The notes below the pieces were generated by a model that was not told the DNA's origin, searched no databases, and worked only from the letters and a program-made list of their open reading frames with translations. A stretch of 32,000 bases of DNA from the NCBI RefSeq assembly GCF_004376175.1, contig NZ_SNUY01000005.1, positions 30,001 through 62,000 on the forward strand, in the 5' to 3' direction. Shown here piece by piece: positions 20,145-29,056 of this stretch. Each line of letters opens with the position of its first letter. Within the stretch, counting starts at the first letter, position 1. Position numbers and translations under genes: made by a program. Source of the stretch: Halalkalibacterium halodurans (lineage in GTDB: Bacteria; Bacillota; Bacilli; Bacillales; Bacillaceae_D).

Positions 20145-21287
20145 TTAGTCCGCCAACAGCATTTTTGAGATAACTAATCGTTGAATTTCGTTTGTTCCTT
20201 CGTAAATTTGTGTAATTTTCGCATCACGCATGTAGCGCTCCACCGGATATTCTTTCGTGTAGCCGTACCCGCCGAACACTTGAACCGCCTCCACCGTGAC
20301 ATCCATGGCCGTATCTCCAGCAAACAGCTTCGACATCGCTGACTCTTTACCGTAGGAAAGGCCTTCGCTTTCTCTCCATGCGGCTTGATAGGTGAGAAGC
20401 CGGCTCGCTTCTACCTTTGTCGCCATGTCTGCGAGTTTGAAAGCGATCCCTTGCTGCTGACCAATCGGCTTGCCAAACTGCTTTCGCTCATTCGCATAGG
20501 CAACTGCAGCATCGAGCGCCCCTTGAGCGATGCCGACCGCTTGTGCGGCGATCCCGTTACGCCCACCGTCCAAGGTCATCATCGCAATTTTGAAGCCGTC
20601 GCCTTCTTTCCCTAGCAAATTTTCCTTCGGCACCCGGCAATCTTCAAATATGATTTCCGTCGTCGGTGAGGAGCGAATCCCCAGTTTCTTTTCTTTTTTG
20701 CCGACGGAAAAGCCAGGTGTATCCGCTTCAACAATAAAGGCAGACACTCCTTTGTGACGCTTTTCTGGCTCGGTCACGGCAAACACGATATAAATATCGG
20801 CAATCCCGCCGTTTGTAATGAAAATTTTTGAGCCGTTTAAAATGTAGTCATCGCCTTCTAAAACAGCTGTCGTTTTCATGTTCGCCGCATCCGATCCTGA
20901 TCCAGGCTCGGTTAACCCGTAGGCGCCAATTTTCTTTCCTTCTGCCATTGGCCGTAGAAATTTCTGCTTCTGCTCTTCTGTGCCAAATTTGTATACCGGC
21001 CAGCTCGCTAACGAAAGGTGGGCAGAAAGGGTCACACCGGTAGAGGCGCAGACTCTTGAGAGCTCTTCCACGGCAATGACATAGCTAACATAGTCAGCCC
21101 CGATCCCTCCGTACTCTTCAGGCCAAGGAATACCCGTGAGGCCGAGCTCCGCCATCTGATCAAAAATCTCACGGTCAAACCGCTCTTCTTCATCCCGTTC
21201 CTCGGCTGTGGGCGCAACTTCATTCTCTGCAAAATCTCGAACCATTTTTTTAATCATCTGCTGTTCATCTGTTAGCAAAAAGTTCAT
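20145..21287 (-). CDS. short/medium-chain acyl-CoA dehydrogenase (butyryl-CoA dehydrogenase-like), copy 2
   Basis: 380 aa. [17 protein letters not shown] and [12 protein letters not shown] (catalytic Glu region) ACAD motifs are present. It is a paralogue of the upstream ACAD. Confidence 0.93.
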   Translation of the reverse strand: MNFLLTDEQQMIKKMVRDFAENEVAPTAEERDEEERFDREIFDQMAELGLTGIPWPEEYGGIGADYVSYVIAVEELSRVCASTGVTLSAHLSLASWPVYKFGTEEQKQKFLRPMAEGKKIGAYGLTEPGSGSDAANMKTTAVLEGDDYILNGSKIFITNGGIADIYIVFAVTEPEKRHKGVSAFIVEADTPGFSVGKKEKKLGIRSSPTTEIIFEDCRVPKENLLGKEGDGFKIAMMTLDGGRNGIAAQAVGIAQGALDAAVAYANERKQFGKPIGQQQGIAFKLADMATKVEASRLLTYQAAWRESEGLSYGKESAMSKLFAGDTAMDVTVEAVQVFGGYGYTKEYPVERYMRDAKITQIYEGTNEIQRLVISKMLLAD

Positions 21288-21308
21288 CTCCAGCCCTCCT
21301 TCTCCTAT

Positions 21309-22448
21309 TCATTCGCTAATATGTTTGTGGATGACAATTCGCTGAATCTCACTCGTCCCTTCGTAGATCTCGCACACCTTTGCATCGCGGAAGTAGCGCT
21401 CGACTGGATATTCCTTCGTGTAGCCGTATCCTCCGAAAATTTGCACGGCTTCAATCGCCGCCTTCATCGCGGTTTTAGACGCAAATAGTTTAGCCATTGA
21501 AGACTCCTTCGCGCATGAAATACCTTGCTGTTTTAATTGTGCAGCACGATAGGTTAATAGTTTGGCAGCCTCTACTTGTGTCGCCAAATCAGCGAGTTTA
21601 AAAGCAATCGCTTGCTGCTGACCAATCGACTTGCCAAATTGCTTTCGTTCCTTCGCATATGACGTTGCTGCTTCTAAAGCAGCTTCGGCAATTCCTAAAG
21701 ACTGTGCGGCTATCCCAATCCGTCCAGCCTCCAAGTTCGCCATCGCAATCTTGTATCCGTCCCCTTCTACACCTAAAAGATTTTCTTTCGGAACAAGGGC
21801 ATCTTCAAAAATAAGCTCTGTCGTATTGGAGCCGTGGAGCCCCATTTTTTTCTCTTTTTTACCGACCGTAAAGCCTGGCGTCTCTTTCTCGACTATAAAT
21901 GCGGAAATCCCTTTTCGACCAGCACTTGGATTGGTTGAGGCAAACACGACATACGTATCGGCTGCGCCCCCATTCGTAATAAACACTTTTGAGCCATTCA
22001 ACCGATAATGGTCCCCTTTTTTAGAGGCCGTTGTTTTTAAATTGGCTGCATCCGACCCCGCGCTCGGTTCCGTAAGCCCGAAAGCCCCTAAATATTCGCC
22101 CTTAGCAAGCTTCGGAATAAATCGCGCTTTCTGTTCCTCTGTGCCAAAAAAAAGAATCGGATTCGTCCCTACCGAGGTATGAACGGAAAGGATCACCCCC
22201 ACCGTAGCGCTAACCTTAGATAGCTCATGGATAGCGATAATGTACGAGATAAAATCCATCTCGGCACCGCCGTATGCTTCAGGAATCGGGATTCCCATTA
22301 ACCCAAGCTCTCCCATTTCTTTCACGATGTGCATCGGGTATGTGTCGTTTGTTTCCATTTCTTCCACGAACGGTGCAATGCGTTCTTGAGCAAAATCCCG
22401 GACCATCTTCCGCATCATCTCTTGTTCGTCTGTCCATCGTAGATTCAT
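21309..22448 (-). CDS. short/medium-chain acyl-CoA dehydrogenase, copy 1
   Basis: ORF 21309..22484. The ATG at 22448 ([20 protein letters not shown]...) aligns with the start of the paralogue and follows [25 protein letters not shown] and [12 protein letters not shown] motifs are present. Confidence 0.93.
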   Translation of the reverse strand: MNLRWTDEQEMMRKMVRDFAQERIAPFVEEMETNDTYPMHIVKEMGELGLMGIPIPEAYGGAEMDFISYIIAIHELSKVSATVGVILSVHTSVGTNPILFFGTEEQKARFIPKLAKGEYLGAFGLTEPSAGSDAANLKTTASKKGDHYRLNGSKVFITNGGAADTYVVFASTNPSAGRKGISAFIVEKETPGFTVGKKEKKMGLHGSNTTELIFEDALVPKENLLGVEGDGYKIAMANLEAGRIGIAAQSLGIAEAALEAATSYAKERKQFGKSIGQQQAIAFKLADLATQVEAAKLLTYRAAQLKQQGISCAKESSMAKLFASKTAMKAAIEAVQIFGGYGYTKEYPVERYFRDAKVCEIYEGTSEIQRIVIHKHISE

Positions 22449-22487
22449 CCCATCACCTTCTTCATGAAGCTTTTCCTCTCTCAACGA

Positions 22488-23342
22488 TCAGTCGTGATAG
22501 ACGTAAAACCCTCTACCTGTTTTCTTACCGAGCCAGCCAGCCTTTACATACTTTCTTAGCAGCGGGCACGGACGGTATTTGTCATCGCCAAACCCTTCAT
22601 GGAGGGTCTCCATAATGAATAAGCATGTGTCCAGCCCGATAAAGTCTGCAAGTGTAAGGGGACCCATTGGATGGTTCATCCCTAGCTTCATCACCTCATC
22701 CACCGCTTCCGGAGTTGCAACCCCTTCGTATACAGTGTAGATGGCCTCGTTGATCATTGGCATGAACACGCGGTTGGAGACAAAACCTGGGAAATCATTG
22801 ACTTCTACTGGTGTTTTGTTCAGCTTTTTCGTTAGTGCCTCTACGGTTTCGTACACGTCATCGGCTGTTGCTAGTCCGCGGATAATTTCCACGAGCTTCA
22901 TAACAGGCACAGGGTTCATAAAGTGCATGCCAATGACTTTTTCTGGACGGCTGGTAGCAGCAGCGATTTCCGTGATCGGAAGTGATGACGTATTCGTAGC
23001 AAGAATCGTGTCAGCAGGAGCAAGGTCATCAAGCTTAGCAAAAAGGTTCGTTTTCACCTCCATATTCTCCACGACGGCCTCAACGATAAAGTCTGCTTTT
23101 TTGGCGTCCTGTAACTCGGTCGACCGATGAATACGGCTAAGAGTGATGTCCATTTCCCTCTCTGTCATACGCCCTTTCTCCACTTGGCGCTGCAATTGCT
23201 TCGTAATCGTTTGAATTCCTTTCTCCATTGAAGCCGGATCAAGGTCATACAACATAACCTCGAAGCCGGCCAAAGCGTGAACGTGAGCAATACCAGATCC
23301 CATTTGTCCTGCACCAATGACCATTACTTGCTTAATGTCCAT
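22488..23342 (-). CDS. hbd: NAD-dependent 3-hydroxybutyryl-CoA dehydrogenase
   Basis: 284 aa. Rossmann motif [12 protein letters not shown] is present. FMNPVP..LVE and GFVSNR blocks match the 3-hydroxyacyl-CoA dehydrogenase family. Confidence 0.93.
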   Translation of the reverse strand: MDIKQVMVIGAGQMGSGIAHVHALAGFEVMLYDLDPASMEKGIQTITKQLQRQVEKGRMTEREMDITLSRIHRSTELQDAKKADFIVEAVVENMEVKTNLFAKLDDLAPADTILATNTSSLPITEIAAATSRPEKVIGMHFMNPVPVMKLVEIIRGLATADDVYETVEALTKKLNKTPVEVNDFPGFVSNRVFMPMINEAIYTVYEGVATPEAVDEVMKLGMNHPMGPLTLADFIGLDTCLFIMETLHEGFGDDKYRPCPLLRKYVKAGWLGKKTGRGFYVYHD

Positions 23343-23365
23343 CCTCGTTCTCCTCTCTTATTCAT

Positions 23366-24544
23366 TTACGGTACGCGAATAAGTACAGCATCCCCTTGAC
23401 CTCCGCCACTGCAGATTGCTGCAATGCCTAGTCCCCCGCCTCGACGGCGCAATTCGTAGGCAAGTGTAAGGATGATGCGTGCACCACTTGCACCAATCGG
23501 ATGACCTAACGCAACGGCTCCACCGTTGACATTTACTTTTTCAGGGTCAATCTCGGCGATTTGCTGACTGGCAAGGGCAACGGCGGCAAAAGCCTCATTA
23601 ATTTCGAACAAATCGATCTCAGCAGGCGTTTTCCCAGTGTCCTGTAATAGCTTTTGGATGACAAGGCCCGGTGTTTTCGGGAAATCCTTCGGCTCGGTCG
23701 CTAGCGCAGTATGCCCTTCAATGATGGCTAATGGGGCCATGCCAGCGCTCTTCGCCTCCTCCTCAGACATGAGCAACATCGCGGCAGCACCATCATTCAC
23801 TCCAGGAGCATTTCCGGCTGTAATCGTCCCTTCTTTGCCAAACACCGGTCGAAGGTTTTTCAGTGACTCCATTGACGTATCCTTTCGCGGCGCTTCATCA
23901 CATGCGACGAGCAATGGTTCCCCTTTTCGCTGCGGCACTTCCACCGGAACGATCTCTTCTTCGAGCCGCCCTGCTCCGATGGCCGCAATGGCACGCTGAT
24001 GACTAAGGTACGCCCATTCATCCTGGGCTTCTCGGCTGATCGCTAACTCATGTGCGGTCCCATTTCCGTACGTTCCCATATGAACACCTGTGAAGGCACA
24101 TGTTAGTCCGTCAAATACCATGCCATCGATCATTTCCACATGGCCCATTCTTGCACCCCAACGCGCCTTTGGCACATAGTAGGGCGCTTGACTCATCGAT
24201 TCCATTCCTCCAGCTACAACGACTTTTGAGCTCCCCGAACGGATCAACTGGTCCGACAATGTCACGCTACGCATCCCGCTCGCGCACACTTTATTGATCG
24301 TCTCCGTACGCACGTCCCATGGTAAGTCGGCTTCTTTTAATGCTTGCCTTGACGGGAGCTGTCCTTGCCCCCCTTGCAACACATTCCCCATGATCAGATC
24401 GTCTACTCGTTCCCCACGCCAATTTGCCCTTTTTAACGTTTCACGAATTGCATGTCCCCCTAGCTGAGCAGCTGTTAGTGTCGATAGACTCCCGCCAAAT
24501 TTCCCGAAAGGTGTTCTCACGCCGCTAATGATGGCTGTCTTCAA
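23366..24544 (-). CDS. acetyl-CoA C-acetyltransferase (thiolase II)
   Basis: 392 aa. INKVCASGM (acyl-enzyme Cys), GHPIGASGARI and AICSGGGQG thiolase signatures are present. TTG start at 24544 lies 7 nt after GAGGGGGA. Confidence 0.93.
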   Translation of the reverse strand: MKTAIISGVRTPFGKFGGSLSTLTAAQLGGHAIRETLKRANWRGERVDDLIMGNVLQGGQGQLPSRQALKEADLPWDVRTETINKVCASGMRSVTLSDQLIRSGSSKVVVAGGMESMSQAPYYVPKARWGARMGHVEMIDGMVFDGLTCAFTGVHMGTYGNGTAHELAISREAQDEWAYLSHQRAIAAIGAGRLEEEIVPVEVPQRKGEPLLVACDEAPRKDTSMESLKNLRPVFGKEGTITAGNAPGVNDGAAAMLLMSEEEAKSAGMAPLAIIEGHTALATEPKDFPKTPGLVIQKLLQDTGKTPAEIDLFEINEAFAAVALASQQIAEIDPEKVNVNGGAVALGHPIGASGARIILTLAYELRRRGGGLGIAAICSGGGQGDAVLIRVP

Positions 24545-24564
24545 GTCTAATTCCCCCTCAGATT

Positions 24565-24580
24565 CTGAGCGAACGCTCAG
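24565..24580. promoter_or_regulatory. 16-bp perfect palindrome CTGAGCGAACGCTCAG (candidate operator)
   Basis: 7-bp arms ctgagcg/cgctcag with a 2-nt spacer. It lies 21 nt upstream of the thiolase TTG and 6 nt downstream of a TATGAT -10-like hexamer (24592-24587, minus). It is the only copy in the window. Confidence 0.35.
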
Positions 24581-24594
24581 TCGATAATCATATA

Positions 24595-24608
24595 TTTAAG
24601 CGCTTACA
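24595..24608. promoter_or_regulatory. cre-like site (CcpA/catabolite responsive element candidate)
   Basis: Minus strand TGTAAGCGCTTAAA versus idealised cre TGTAAGCGCTTACA gives 1 mismatch. It sits in the spacer of the candidate thiolase promoter. Confidence 0.4.
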
Positions 24609-24624
24609 TTAAAAGAAGAGGGCA

Positions 24625-24646
24625 GGAAAGCGGTCGACCGCTTTCC
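24625..24646 (-). terminator. perfect hairpin downstream of fadF (terminator or processing/attenuation site)
   Basis: GGAAAGCGGTCGACCGCTTTCC is fully self-complementary (9-bp stem with a 4-nt loop if folded). The minus-strand tail TGCCCTCTTCTTTT is pyrimidine-rich but not a clean U tract. Confidence 0.5.
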
Positions 24647-24670
24647 ACCTCAAATACCCATGATTTACTT

Positions 24671-26773
24671 CTAGCTTACTTCTGATGGCTCCTGTTTGAC
24701 AAGAGATTTTTCTAAAATTTCAACAATATCAAGCGTTTGTACATCGTCCTCCACCTCTTTTGCTTTCGTTCCATCACTCAACATCGTTAAACAGTATGGA
24801 CAGCCACTACCGATGACCGAAGGAGAAACTTCAAGCGCTTGCTCCGTACGAGCGACATTCACACGCTGGCCCGCATCCTCTTCCATCCACATCATGCCTC
24901 CGCCAGCACCACAGCACATACCATCCTGGCGATTTCGCTCCATCTCCACAAGCTCAACACCAGGAATCGCTTGCAAAATTTCACGTGGTGGGTCGTATAC
25001 GTCGTTGTAACGACCTAAATAACAAGAATCGTGATAAACCACTTTTTCGTTTACCGGGTATTGTGGTTTGACTTTTCCTTCTTTGATTAACTTCGCCAGT
25101 AGCTCCGTGTGGTGGAACACTTCGACCCCTTCCAGTCCAAATTCAGGATACTCGTTCTTAAAGGTGTTGTAAGCATGAGGGTCGATCGTAACAATTTTCT
25201 TTACGTTATGCTTTTTGAATAATTCAATGTTGGCGGTCGCAAGCTCTTGGAACAAAAACTCATTCCCTAGACGGCGCGGGGTATCACCAGAGTTTTTCTC
25301 CTTGTTTCCAATGATCGCAAACGTCACCCCTGCTTCATTTAACACTTTCGCAAACGATTGAGCGATTTTTTGACTCCGTTTATCATATGAGCCCATCGAG
25401 CCAGCAAAGAACAAATACTCGAATTCTTCGCCCGCTTTTTCCATTTCCTTAACGGTCGGAACGTGAATATCGTCCCTGCCTTCACGCCATTTCTCCCGCT
25501 CTTTTCGGTTAATGCCCCAAGGGTTTCCTTGCCGCTCGATATTGGTTAACGCACGCTGAGCATCGGCATCCATCTTCCCTTCCGTCAGTACGAGGTACCG
25601 ACGCATATCGATAATTTTGTCGACGTGTTCGTTCATGACCGGGCATTGATCCTCACAGTTCCGGCACGTCGTACAGGCCCAAATCTCTTCTTCTGTAATA
25701 ACGTCCCCAATTAGGCTTACATCGTACGAAGCAGCAGCCTCTGCTCCTCCTGCTCCTTGCATCGCCAGTTGATTCGCTTTCGTATTAGAGAATGCATAAC
25801 TTGGTAACCAAGCGGACTTGGACGTAACGGCCGCTCCTTTTTCCGTTAAATGATCGCGCATTTTTACGATTAAATCCATTGGCGATAGCATCTTGCCCGT
25901 TCCGGTAGCTGGACACATATTCGTACAACGCCCGCACTCCACACAGGCATATAAATCGAGCAATTGTTTTTGATTGAAATCTTCAATTTTGTTGACGCCA
26001 AACACTTCTTGCTCCTCGTCCTCAAAGTTTATCGAAGACAGCTGCCCTACTTTGTGGGTGCGACCTAAAAAGACATTCGCCGGACCTGCAATCAAATGTG
26101 CGTGCTTCGATTGTGGTACGTACACGAGGAATGTAAGTAAAAATAAGAGGTGCATCCACCAAAAGACAAAGAACAACGCCCCTGCTGCAGTTGGCCCGAT
26201 CCAACTTGTCGCAGCGGCAATACCAGAGGCAACAGGTTCAAATCCAGTAAGTGGCTTCCCGAGCCAAATGATCTCCATTCCTTTTGCGATCATTTTTGAT
26301 GTCATTAGTCCACCGATAAAGATTAAGACGAGTCCTGATTTCCAGCCCCGTTTAAGGCGAACCAATTTCTCAATGTAACGACGATGGAACGCCCATACGA
26401 CCGCAATAATGATCATGAGCACGACAAACTCTTGGAAAAAAGTGAAATACGGATAGAGCGGTCCAAGCGGTATATGGGACCCAGGGGCTAGCCCTTTCCA
26501 AATCAGGTCAATCGCACCGATCTGCACGAGTAAAAATCCGTAGAAGAACATGAGGTGGATGATTCCACTTTTTTTGTCCTTCATGAGCTTCTTTTGCCCG
26601 AAAACATTGACCCAGATTTCGCGCAGACGCTCCTGCATTGAGTGGTCAAATTCGGCCTTTTTCCCAAGCTTAATGTAGGCAATTCTCGTCCGAACGAGCG
26701 TTGCAAACAGATAGACGGCATAACCCGTTACTAAAAGAAAGGCAATCCAGTTCACCCATGTTAACGCTTCCAT
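24671..26773 (-). CDS. fadF: membrane-anchored Fe-S oxidoreductase, HdrD/GlpC-like (YwjF/FadF homologue)
   Basis: 700 aa. The N-terminal ~230 aa are hydrophobic with multiple TM helices. Two ferredoxin-type motifs are present (CVECGRCTNMCP, CTTCRNCEDQCP), plus C-terminal cysteine-rich CCG-type segments (DSCYLGR, MCCGAGGG, GCPYC). Same size and position as B. subtilis YwjF, divergent from cls. Confidence 0.88.
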   Translation of the reverse strand: MEALTWVNWIAFLLVTGYAVYLFATLVRTRIAYIKLGKKAEFDHSMQERLREIWVNVFGQKKLMKDKKSGIIHLMFFYGFLLVQIGAIDLIWKGLAPGSHIPLGPLYPYFTFFQEFVVLMIIIAVVWAFHRRYIEKLVRLKRGWKSGLVLIFIGGLMTSKMIAKGMEIIWLGKPLTGFEPVASGIAAATSWIGPTAAGALFFVFWWMHLLFLLTFLVYVPQSKHAHLIAGPANVFLGRTHKVGQLSSINFEDEEQEVFGVNKIEDFNQKQLLDLYACVECGRCTNMCPATGTGKMLSPMDLIVKMRDHLTEKGAAVTSKSAWLPSYAFSNTKANQLAMQGAGGAEAAASYDVSLIGDVITEEEIWACTTCRNCEDQCPVMNEHVDKIIDMRRYLVLTEGKMDADAQRALTNIERQGNPWGINRKEREKWREGRDDIHVPTVKEMEKAGEEFEYLFFAGSMGSYDKRSQKIAQSFAKVLNEAGVTFAIIGNKEKNSGDTPRRLGNEFLFQELATANIELFKKHNVKKIVTIDPHAYNTFKNEYPEFGLEGVEVFHHTELLAKLIKEGKVKPQYPVNEKVVYHDSCYLGRYNDVYDPPREILQAIPGVELVEMERNRQDGMCCGAGGGMMWMEEDAGQRVNVARTEQALEVSPSVIGSGCPYCLTMLSDGTKAKEVEDDVQTLDIVEILEKSLVKQEPSEVS

Positions 26774-26858
26774 AAATGTAACCTCCCCCTAACAGGCCGA
26801 TACGATCACGGCCATGACAGACAAAAAGTTTGAAAATAGACAATTTTTGTTTGCTGTT

Positions 26859-26864
26859 ATTATA
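26859..26864 (-). promoter_or_regulatory. candidate -10 hexamer of the fadF promoter
   Basis: Minus strand TATAAT at 26864-26859, ~85 nt upstream of the fadF ATG. The -35 position (26887-26882) falls inside the FadR-type box. Confidence 0.4.
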
Positions 26865-26876
26865 ACATACCTTTTT

Positions 26877-26896
26877 ATGAATGAGTATTCACTCAT
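26877..26896. promoter_or_regulatory. FadR (YsiA)-type operator box
   Basis: ATGAATGAGTATTCACTCAT compared with the B. subtilis FadR box as I recall it (TGAATGAnTAnTCATTCA) has one mismatch in the right arm. It lies in the divergent fadF/cls intergenic region. Confidence 0.65.
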
Positions 26897-26976
26897 AAAA
26901 GTTTTTTAAATTAATTTTTAGTAGGTCGGAAAAAGGGCAAGCTACAACTAACGTTGAATTCAAGAGGAGGTACGAT

Positions 26977-28173
26977 ATGATCGGAGTCGTACTCTTATTT
27001 CTTATCGTTGCGATTATTTTGTGGTTACGCTTTGATTACACCCAAGGGTTAAAGAAACAACGGGGGAAAGCCGTTAGACGAAACCAACCAATCCGCCACG
27101 GGACAGTTCGACTATTGCCAACTGGCGATGAGTTTATCGGTTCCCTCATTCATGACATAAAAGCTGCTGAACACCACATTCACATTTTATTTTATATCTT
27201 TCGTGACGATCACATCGGGAAAAAAATTCTTCAGCACCTTGAACAAAAAGCAAAGGAAGGGGTGGCTGTCCGGTTGCTCGTCGATCGATTCGGCGCCGAT
27301 GTGAAAAATCGTTCCATTCAGAGCCTGAAGCAAGCAGGGGCGCAATTTGAGTACGCTCATCGGATCAGCTTTCCGTACTGGTTTTTCTCTTTAAATCGCC
27401 GTAATCATCGGAAAATCACTGTCATTGACGGAAAGGTGGGCTACATTGGTGGCTATAACATCGGGGATGAGTATTTAGGGCGTGATCCGAAGTTCGGTTT
27501 TTGGCGTGACTACCATCTTCGACTGACAGGGGATGGCGTTCAAGATTTACAGGATCAATTTATTCAAGACTGGGAGCGAGAGTCCCGACTCCCTGTCACA
27601 AGAGATCGCTGGCTGTATCCGCCATTGGCAAAAGGACCCCATGAACTACGGATCATTCCAACGAACGGCTCTTTTTTAGAAGACAGCTTTCTTCAACTCG
27701 TCGAACAAGCGGAGGAAACGATTACGATCGGAACCCCTTACTTCATTCCTGGGGAAAAATTGCACCATGCCCTTTTGGATGCAGCCGCTAGAGGGGTGGC
27801 TGTTCGTCTACTCGTACCGAAAAAAGGCGATCACCCACTCGTGAAGGAAGCAGCGTTCCCTTACTTTAAGGAGCTCCTTGAAGGGGGCATCAACATTTAT
27901 CGTTACTATCGCGGCTTTTTTCATGGAAAGGCAATCGTAATCGATGATAAGCTGGCCGATGTAGGAACAGCCAATTTTGATAAGCGCAGCTTTCGGTTGA
28001 ATTATGAAATCAACTGTCTTTTATATGACAAAGAGATAATTCAGCTCGTTCGCGAAGAATTGGATTATGATTTTTCCATATCGGAACGGCTTCAAATGGA
28101 GGACCTCGCGAACCGCTCCTTCTTCCATCGTACGAAAGAACAAGTAGCTACCCTGTTCTCTGGTTTTTTTTAG
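26977..28173 (+). CDS. cls: cardiolipin synthase (phospholipase D superfamily, short YwjE-like form)
   Basis: 398 aa. One N-terminal TM helix and two HKD motifs (HRKITVIDGKVGYIGGYNIGDEY and FHGKAIVIDDKLADVGTANFDKRS). GAGGAGG SD lies 6 nt upstream. Confidence 0.92.
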   Translation: MIGVVLLFLIVAIILWLRFDYTQGLKKQRGKAVRRNQPIRHGTVRLLPTGDEFIGSLIHDIKAAEHHIHILFYIFRDDHIGKKILQHLEQKAKEGVAVRLLVDRFGADVKNRSIQSLKQAGAQFEYAHRISFPYWFFSLNRRNHRKITVIDGKVGYIGGYNIGDEYLGRDPKFGFWRDYHLRLTGDGVQDLQDQFIQDWERESRLPVTRDRWLYPPLAKGPHELRIIPTNGSFLEDSFLQLVEQAEETITIGTPYFIPGEKLHHALLDAAARGVAVRLLVPKKGDHPLVKEAAFPYFKELLEGGINIYRYYRGFFHGKAIVIDDKLADVGTANFDKRSFRLNYEINCLLYDKEIIQLVREELDYDFSISERLQMEDLANRSFFHRTKEQVATLFSGFF

Positions 28174-28179
28174 CTGGTC

Positions 28180-28212
28180 AAGCCTGAGTCCGTTCGACTC
28201 AGGCTTTTCTGT
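28180..28212 (+). terminator. rho-independent terminator downstream of cls
   Basis: Perfect 11-bp stem aagcctgagtc / gactcaggctt with loop cgttc, followed by TTTTCTGTGTTT. Confidence 0.8.
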
Positions 28213-28366
28213 GTTTATTTCAAAACACGTGACGTATCCCCATCCCCATATTAAACGAATGATTTTATGTTATTATCCACGCTGTGGCAAGTGCCCTTTT
28301 TCGTTTTCATTCTTTGATCCCTGCGTGGAAGCTTTCAAAGGGGGCGTAAAAGGGCATCCTTTCAAT

Positions 28367-28870
28367 TTATAACTTTTTGTCCTCCATAGTACTGATTTTA
28401 AGCAAATCATAATGAAGAATCCGCTGCGGCCCTATAGGTCCTACCCGGCGTAGCCCACGGTCCTCAAAGCCTACCCGAGTGTACAATTGCTTAGCCGCTG
28501 CATTACGCTCATTAACGACGAGAAACAGTTCGCGAATGTTTGGCCAATGGACAGTAACGAAAGCCGGGAGAAGGAGCATCGCTTTTTTTCCATATCCTTT
28601 CCCTTGTTGCTTTTCGTCAATCGCCAAGCTACGAATGAGTAGCAACCCCTCTTCCTCTATGTAGGCCTTCGTTGCCTCCCCTTCATGGAGGACGAAAAAG
28701 CCTACAGGCTCTTGGTCAGCCAAAATGACGATGGGCGTTCGTGTAGGATCTTCCTCACATGCTCGGAGTGCATCCACCGGCAAGCTTGTAAATGGTAGCT
28801 GTTCTGGCGGCAATGAAAAGTTGCACAGCACCGATAAATGTTGTTGTTCGACAAAAGACAAAGTGATCAT
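28367..28870 (-). CDS. GNAT-family N-acetyltransferase
   Basis: 167 aa. The acetyl-CoA binding motif A is QQGKGYGKKAM, followed by the LFLVVNERNAAAKQLYTRVGF segment typical of GNAT folds. Confidence 0.85.
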   Translation of the reverse strand: MITLSFVEQQHLSVLCNFSLPPEQLPFTSLPVDALRACEEDPTRTPIVILADQEPVGFFVLHEGEATKAYIEEEGLLLIRSLAIDEKQQGKGYGKKAMLLLPAFVTVHWPNIRELFLVVNERNAAAKQLYTRVGFEDRGLRRVGPIGPQRILHYDLLKISTMEDKKL

Positions 28871-28907
28871 TCAAATCCCTCCAGAGAAGCAAACATGCGT
28901 TCTCTAT

Positions 28908-28935
28908 ATTATACCATAGTTATCTCCCGTGTTAA
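28908..28935 (-). promoter_or_regulatory. candidate promoter of the GNAT gene (extended -10)
   Basis: Minus strand reads TTAACA (28935-28930), 16 nt, TATAAT (28913-28908) with a TG at the extended -10 position (TGgTATAAT). Confidence 0.45.
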
Positions 28936-29021
28936 AAAGGAAACAAGTGAATAAGGTCGGTGCTCTTTAACACTAAGCAACCTCAAATAAAAGGGCGGCA
29001 AGGCCACAGCTCTAATCATGT

Positions 29022-29048
29022 AAAAAAGAGTACCTTTCAAAGGCACTC
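29022..29048 (-). terminator. rho-independent terminator downstream of the hydrolase gene
   Basis: Minus-strand GAGUGCCUUU-G-AAAGGUACUC (1 GU; inner pairs must open to form the loop) followed by UUUUUU. It starts 9 nt after the stop. Confidence 0.7.
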
Positions 29049-29056
29049 CTTCAATT

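Noticed and set aside
28259-28372. 37-aa plus-strand ORF with a CYYPRCGKC cysteine cluster between cls and the GNAT gene
   Set aside because: It has no SD upstream of the ATG, lies downstream of the cls terminator and overlaps the GNAT stop. It is probably chance, and only worth revisiting if ribosome profiling shows translation.
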